Assembly: GCF_006345805.1 (NCBI RefSeq)
Contig: NW_021826611.1
Coordinates: 1-12,546 of the forward strand
DNA length: 12,546 nucleotides
Reading direction: 5' to 3'
Origin: Octopus sinensis
Lineage: Eukaryota
In this document: positions 8,845 through 12,546 of the stretch, one piece after another
Layout of the letters: the number at the start of each line of letters is the position of its first letter
Position numbering within the stretch: position 1 is the first letter of the stretch
Program-made: the position numbers and the translations under genes
Notes under the pieces: model-generated
Database searches by the model: none
Told to the model about the DNA's origin: nothing
What the model saw: the letters and a program-made list of their open reading frames with translations, nothing else

Positions 8845-9015
8845 CTCAGCAAAATTTCGAGGATGTAATATTTGGAGGCGGGTGAGGCCTGCGCTAGCAC
8901 CCGTCTGGCATTTCGTTCTCTAGACACCAAAAAAGAGGAAAGGCAATGTCACAGAGAGCTGGAACGAATATCGCACTGAATTCTATCCGACTCTCTGACA
9001 ACATAACTGGCAACC
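8845..9015 (-). mobile_element. Strongly decayed type A-related SINE with internal deletion
   Basis: gaggaaaggcaatgtc is close to the reverse complement of gactttgcctttcatc (3890-3905). The following gaacgaatatcgcactgaattctatccgactctctgac resembles the reverse complement of the SINE head. Confidence 0.45.
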
Positions 9016-9068
9016 GAATAAAGATAAGCATACTCTTTCTCACCCCTGTCTCTATTTCTCGCTCTAAC

Positions 9069-9075
9069 TGTATGT

Positions 9076-9124
<49 letters not shown>

Positions 9125-9180
9125 AATGTATAAAGAGAGAAAGGAAAAGGTGGGAGAAAGACAGGACTAGAAAATTCTAT

Positions 9181-9217
<37 letters not shown>

Positions 9218-9220
9218 GAT
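9069..9220. repeat. (TG)n (9069-9122) and (AG)n (9184-9220) microsatellites
   Basis: Directly visible. Confidence 0.9.
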
Positions 9221-9428
9221 ACATGTTCAGATAGTAAGCCACATAGATATATGGCGTGATAGATGAATAAAACGTAATATATATACATATATATTATTTA
9301 AGGTATGTGAAAAATACAACCTGGACAAGAACGTATAACTCATAGAAGACGATACAATAAACATGGACAGACATTCGAACCCCTCAGTCTTCAGTCAGAA
9401 CCGGATCATCGTAGTAATTCGCGGCTGA

Positions 9429-9431
<3 letters not shown>

Positions 9432-9499
<68 letters not shown>

Positions 9500-9530
9500 T
9501 ATATATATATACACACATATATATATTCTT

Positions 9531-9563
<33 letters not shown>

Positions 9564-9569
9564 TGTGTA

Positions 9570-9611
<42 letters not shown>

Positions 9612-9682
9612 ATATATATATATGTATATATATATATGTATATATATTTGTATGTATTTATATATACACATATGTATGTATG

Positions 9683-9728
<46 letters not shown>

Positions 9729-9735
9729 TATATAT
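9432..9735. repeat. Long (TA)n-dominated microsatellite
   Basis: Directly visible; explains the YIYI ORFs on both strands. Confidence 0.95.
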
Positions 9736-10070
9736 TCTTTGGGAGAGTGAGGTAAAAGAGGAATAGGATGCAGCAGACCACATTGTTTCTTTTTTTTTAC
9801 ATGAATTTCAAACTGGTTGAGGATAATCAACATATGCAGAGTCTATCCGATTTGGATGATTTACGCGCGACCGCACACATACACTAAAAACAAACAAACA
9901 AAAAACATACACGTACATGCACACTCTCTCTGACACACACTCAGTCTGTCTCACGCACACACAAACACTCACACTGACCCATGATAAAACAGAAACATAG
10001 ATGAAGATATTATTGAAAAACAAACCTCGTTTCTTCGAAAGTAGTGATTAGATATGCAAACACGGACACA

Positions 10071-10147
10071 CAACCTCGTTAAAAATGAACCTTGTCAACC
10101 TCGTTAAAACGGACACGGTTAGCCTTGTTAAAATGGACCCTGTCAGC
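10071..10147 (+). repeat. Minisatellite, ~3 copies of a 24-25 bp unit
   Basis: caacctcgttaaaaatgaaccttgt / caacctcgttaaaacggacacggt / tagccttgttaaaatggaccctgt / cagc. Confidence 0.85.
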
Positions 10148-10149
10148 TA

Positions 10150-10767
10150 GATACCTGAATTAAAAGGGTGGCATTCAATATTAACTTTTATCACCATGTT
10201 TGGTTACCAGTATCGTTAGCCCGCAAGTTTCTATACTTTGAGTGCATAGCCTTTGCATCTGAGGCACCCGCATTTTATTTCAAGTACCATACTATTGCAA
10301 CCAATTTTGGGGATATATCTCCTCATTTGATTACAAATCTGCTACAAATTGTGGAAGCTTTGCCTTGTCTTCTAGAAAGCATTGTTCGTATTCACGCCAA
10401 CTTTTATAAGGACAGAATCGATGTTGTTATAGAATACGGTCTTAGTTCTAAGAATGTGTTACGTAAGCTTTCGGACCAACTGATGTCTTGCGATTGCCTC
10501 ATGAACTTTAGTGAGTGTTGCTTGAATTACCATTTTCTTTCACCTTTTATTTTGCTGATAAAGCTTCGTCTCTAGAACCTCAACATTGACAGTAAGAAGC
10601 GTAGGGGTGAGGGAGTTTATACATAGGATCTGTCGTTTTTCTGAAATATAGATGTTAAAACTTGTCTGCTTTGAATAAATGTTTAGTCTATCAGTTTTAC
10701 CAGCAGATAGTCTCTATCATTTAGGAGAAGGCTACCAGGTTATTCGCATAGTCAAAATCTTCTAAAA
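10150..10767 (-). mobile_element. RTE-clade LINE reverse transcriptase remnant, downstream part
   Basis: Minus strand reads LEDFDYANN (10765-10739; decayed LEDLDYADD), KTDRLNIYSKQTSFNI, ILRTKTVFYNNIDSVL (compare LRTKIRLYNSNVKSVLLYG) and KIGCNSMVLEIKCGCLRCKGYALKV (compare EIKxRRLRWLGHVLRM). Stops and frameshifts are present. Confidence 0.85.
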
Positions 10768-11052
10768 AAGGGTCTCAAGCACTGGGCCGCGGACCAGTAC
10801 CGAACCATGAATCATTTGGTACCGGGTCGTACAGAAAGAATAAATTTCAAAGTTTTATTTCTCCTCTATTGGCTTTCGCTGTGAACAAGGTATCTTGCAT
10901 TATTTAGGTATTATATATGTATTATATAAGTAATAATTAAATTATGTGTTATGCACTTGATTGTGCTTTGTAATGCACGCGATTTTGCTGTCCCTGGAAA
11001 AATGATCTCGCATGAAACCGGTCTGTGATGCAAAATGGGTTGGAGACCGTTG
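10768..11052 (+). mobile_element. hAT/Charlie-type (MER1-like) MITE with 8-bp TSD
   Basis: Imperfect TIRs aagggtctcaagc... / ...ggttggagaccgttg. TSD ttctaaaa (10760-10767) / ttataaaa (11053-11060), 7/8 identical and fitting the Charlie NTCTARAN preference. Subterminal gggccgcggaccagtaccg and ggaaaaatgatctcgcatgaaaccggtc resemble MER1/Charlie3 ends. Confidence 0.85.
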
Positions 11053-11330
11053 TTATAAAAGATAGAAATGCGTCCACTGGATGCTCCTGTGCTTATCTGA
11101 TAGCATCTTATACATAATTCGCTCGGTGATAACTGGGAAGGGGATTTGTGAAAGGATGCAATTTTGTCGTACATCTTATTCCACTGAAACCCCATCCAGA
11201 GCTTGTGTTGTAGTCAATGGTCTCACTGTAGTCGCAATAGCCATAAATCAGTTATACACTTCTAAGTTATTAATATGGCATAATGACCAGAGTGACAGAG
11301 ATTCCTTATTTTTCTAGCTACTTTGGCTGA
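11053..11330 (-). mobile_element. RTE-clade LINE reverse transcriptase remnant, upstream part
   Basis: Minus strand reads SVE*DVRQNCILSQIPFPVITERIMYKMLSDKHRSIQWTHFYL (decayed GVRQGCILSPILF...RGIQWT). It joins in frame to LEDFDYANN once the MITE and one TSD copy are removed. Confidence 0.85.
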
Positions 11331-11406
11331 TTTTGAAAACTCATTGGTGAATGCACTTGGACTATTATTATTATTGCAAGATGTGAAGGTTTAACATATA
11401 TATATA

Positions 11407-11575
11407 GGGAGATTTTACGAAAAAAACAAAAGATGAAGACAGGTGGTGTACAAAACAAACAGATGTATTAGTATAACGCTCGGGAATAGAAAAAGTCTTT
11501 TACGTTTCGAGACTACGCTCTTCTACAGAAAGGGACACAGAAACAAGGAGAGAAACACGGAGAGAAAAAATGGTG
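11407..11575 (-). mobile_element. Short interspersed element embedded in (TA)n, probably Penelope pseudo-LTR-derived, carrying a hammerhead-like motif
   Basis: About 170 bp of complex sequence with TA repeats on both sides; contains the motif at 11497-11532. The PLE assignment is inferred from the known association of minimal hammerheads with PLE pLTRs. Confidence 0.55.
11497..11532 (-). ncRNA. Minimal type I hammerhead-ribozyme-like motif (variant core)
   Basis: Minus strand: CUUU-CUGUAGA-A-GAG-cguagu-CUC-GAAA-CG-UA-AAAG. Stem I CUUU/AAAG, stem II GAG/CUC, palindromic ACGU stem III, putative cleavage after GUA. Core position 6 is U instead of the conserved A. Confidence 0.55.
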
Positions 11576-11682
11576 TATATATATATATATATATAATGAA
11601 TATATATAATGTGTATAAAATGTGTGTATATATATATATATATATATAATATATATATATCTATATATATTTTATATATATA
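11576..11682. repeat. (TA)n microsatellite
   Basis: Directly visible. Confidence 0.9.
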
Positions 11683-12044
11683 TTCAATGATGGTTTTTCT
11701 CACGTTTTCTTCTTTCAATTTGTTAAAGCGAGATGATGTCCTAAACTTTCTGGCTGACGAGGGAGAAAGCGCTACTAATTTTGGACAATACATGCGCTCA
11801 CTCGCTTGCCAGTAATGAAGGTAAAATAAGATGTATTCTCATGCCACCTAATGCTACATCTATGGCGCAACGAATGCTTTGAGACATAATTGTAGCCAGC
11901 AAGAGATTATATCTATGTATGGCTACATTTCCAGTATCCTATATGCATGCAATATTGATCCCTACCATTAGTTAAGTCGGACGGTCCTTCACACTACTAG
12001 GATGTTTTAACGAGGAGGTGCATAACACATAATTTAATTATAAC

Positions 12045-12045
<1 letters not shown>

Positions 12046-12075
<30 letters not shown>

Positions 12076-12093
12076 TGTATGTATGTATGTATG
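12046..12093. repeat. (TATG)n microsatellite
   Basis: Directly visible; supplies the MYVC start of ORF 12051-12314. Confidence 0.95.
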
Positions 12094-12546
12094 CATATAA
12101 ACGTGCATGCCTACTTACATACTTGTTCCTTCCAGGTAATTTTGATAGTAATAATATTGCCGGCGAACAAGCAGCTGGAAAGAAAGAATTTAGGTTATGT
12201 ACAGTACAACCCTTGATAGCAGAACTGTTATCAGAGATGTTGCCACATAGGAGGAACTTGCTTACGGTCTGGTTGGATTATAAGAAAGCATTTGATTCTG
12301 CTCCTCATTCGTGAATGTTAAAATCCCTTCGACTTACTAAATTTCCATGTATCGTTATCAAAGTCATAGACAACCTGACTTCATCCTTGTTCACCATTTT
12401 GAAGTAAAATACAGGAAGTGATTTTATTGTTATTGCAGAATATATTTCAAAGAAAAATCCTTCTATGATACTGTTTATACTCTCAGTAAGCCCTCTGACA
12501 TTTCTGTAAAGGAAACCTGAAAGATAAGCAGTTAGCTCTCACGAAG
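12094..12546 (+). mobile_element. R4/Dong-like (RLE-group) non-LTR retrotransposon RT remnant, pseudogenised; may continue past the window
   Basis: SNNIAGEQAAGKKE...RRNLLTVWLDYKKAFDSAPHS*MLKSLRL (RT motif WxDYKKAFDSVPHxW, with W changed to stop at 12312-12314). Then IFQR and MILFILSVSPLTFL (decayed GIFQGDSLSxxLFxLxxNPLSxLL). Confidence 0.85.

Noticed and set aside
8815-8881. Candidate 67-bp exon (tctttcag|...|gtgagg) with open frame ARVLTILPLTQQNFEDVIFGG
   Set aside because: The pyrimidine tract is short, the branch-like gctaat is too close to the AG, the peptide is unrecognised, and it overlaps a decayed SINE. RNA-seq junction reads would be needed.
9365-9400. Minus-strand CTGAAGA...GAA..GTC hammerhead-like string
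   Set aside because: There is no convincing stem I or stem II pairing and no GAAA box in this copy.
5381-9833. Many 60-135 aa ORFs rich in CV, TH, YI, poly-M and poly-D
   Set aside because: They are translations of stop-free microsatellites in several frames and on both strands; there is no splice or domain evidence.
10071-10147. Short repeats as a CRISPR array
   Set aside because: Units are tandem and degenerate with no unique spacers, the context is eukaryotic, and there are no cas genes.
10168-10575. Longest tracked ORF (135 aa, + strand)
   Set aside because: It is the antisense frame of the minus-strand RTE RT remnant and has no recognisable domain.
11891-11927. Hairpin tgtagcca...tggctaca (8-bp inverted repeat with a small inner stem)
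   Set aside because: Too short and interrupted for a pre-miRNA or MITE call; plausible by chance.

Overview
AT-rich, non-coding eukaryotic DNA made almost entirely of microsatellites and decayed transposable elements. The SINE sequences match my recollection of the high-copy octopus (coleoid cephalopod) SINEs, so the source is probably an Octopus intron or intergenic region; this is inference, not a database result. I find no host protein-coding exon, RNA gene, CRISPR array or prokaryotic feature. Almost all tracked ORFs are translations of simple repeats or antisense frames of TE remnants. Supported elements: several tRNA-derived SINE copies of two types, a complete ~370 bp non-autonomous Helitron, a Penelope-like RT remnant, an RTE-clade LINE RT remnant split by a hAT/Charlie-type MITE with an 8-bp TSD, and two R4/Dong-like LINE fragments. 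The most interesting signal is a set of hammerhead-ribozyme-like motifs in short elements next to (TA)n arrays; the best one is at 11497-11532 on the minus strand. I do not see convincing evidence of a wholly new biological system.
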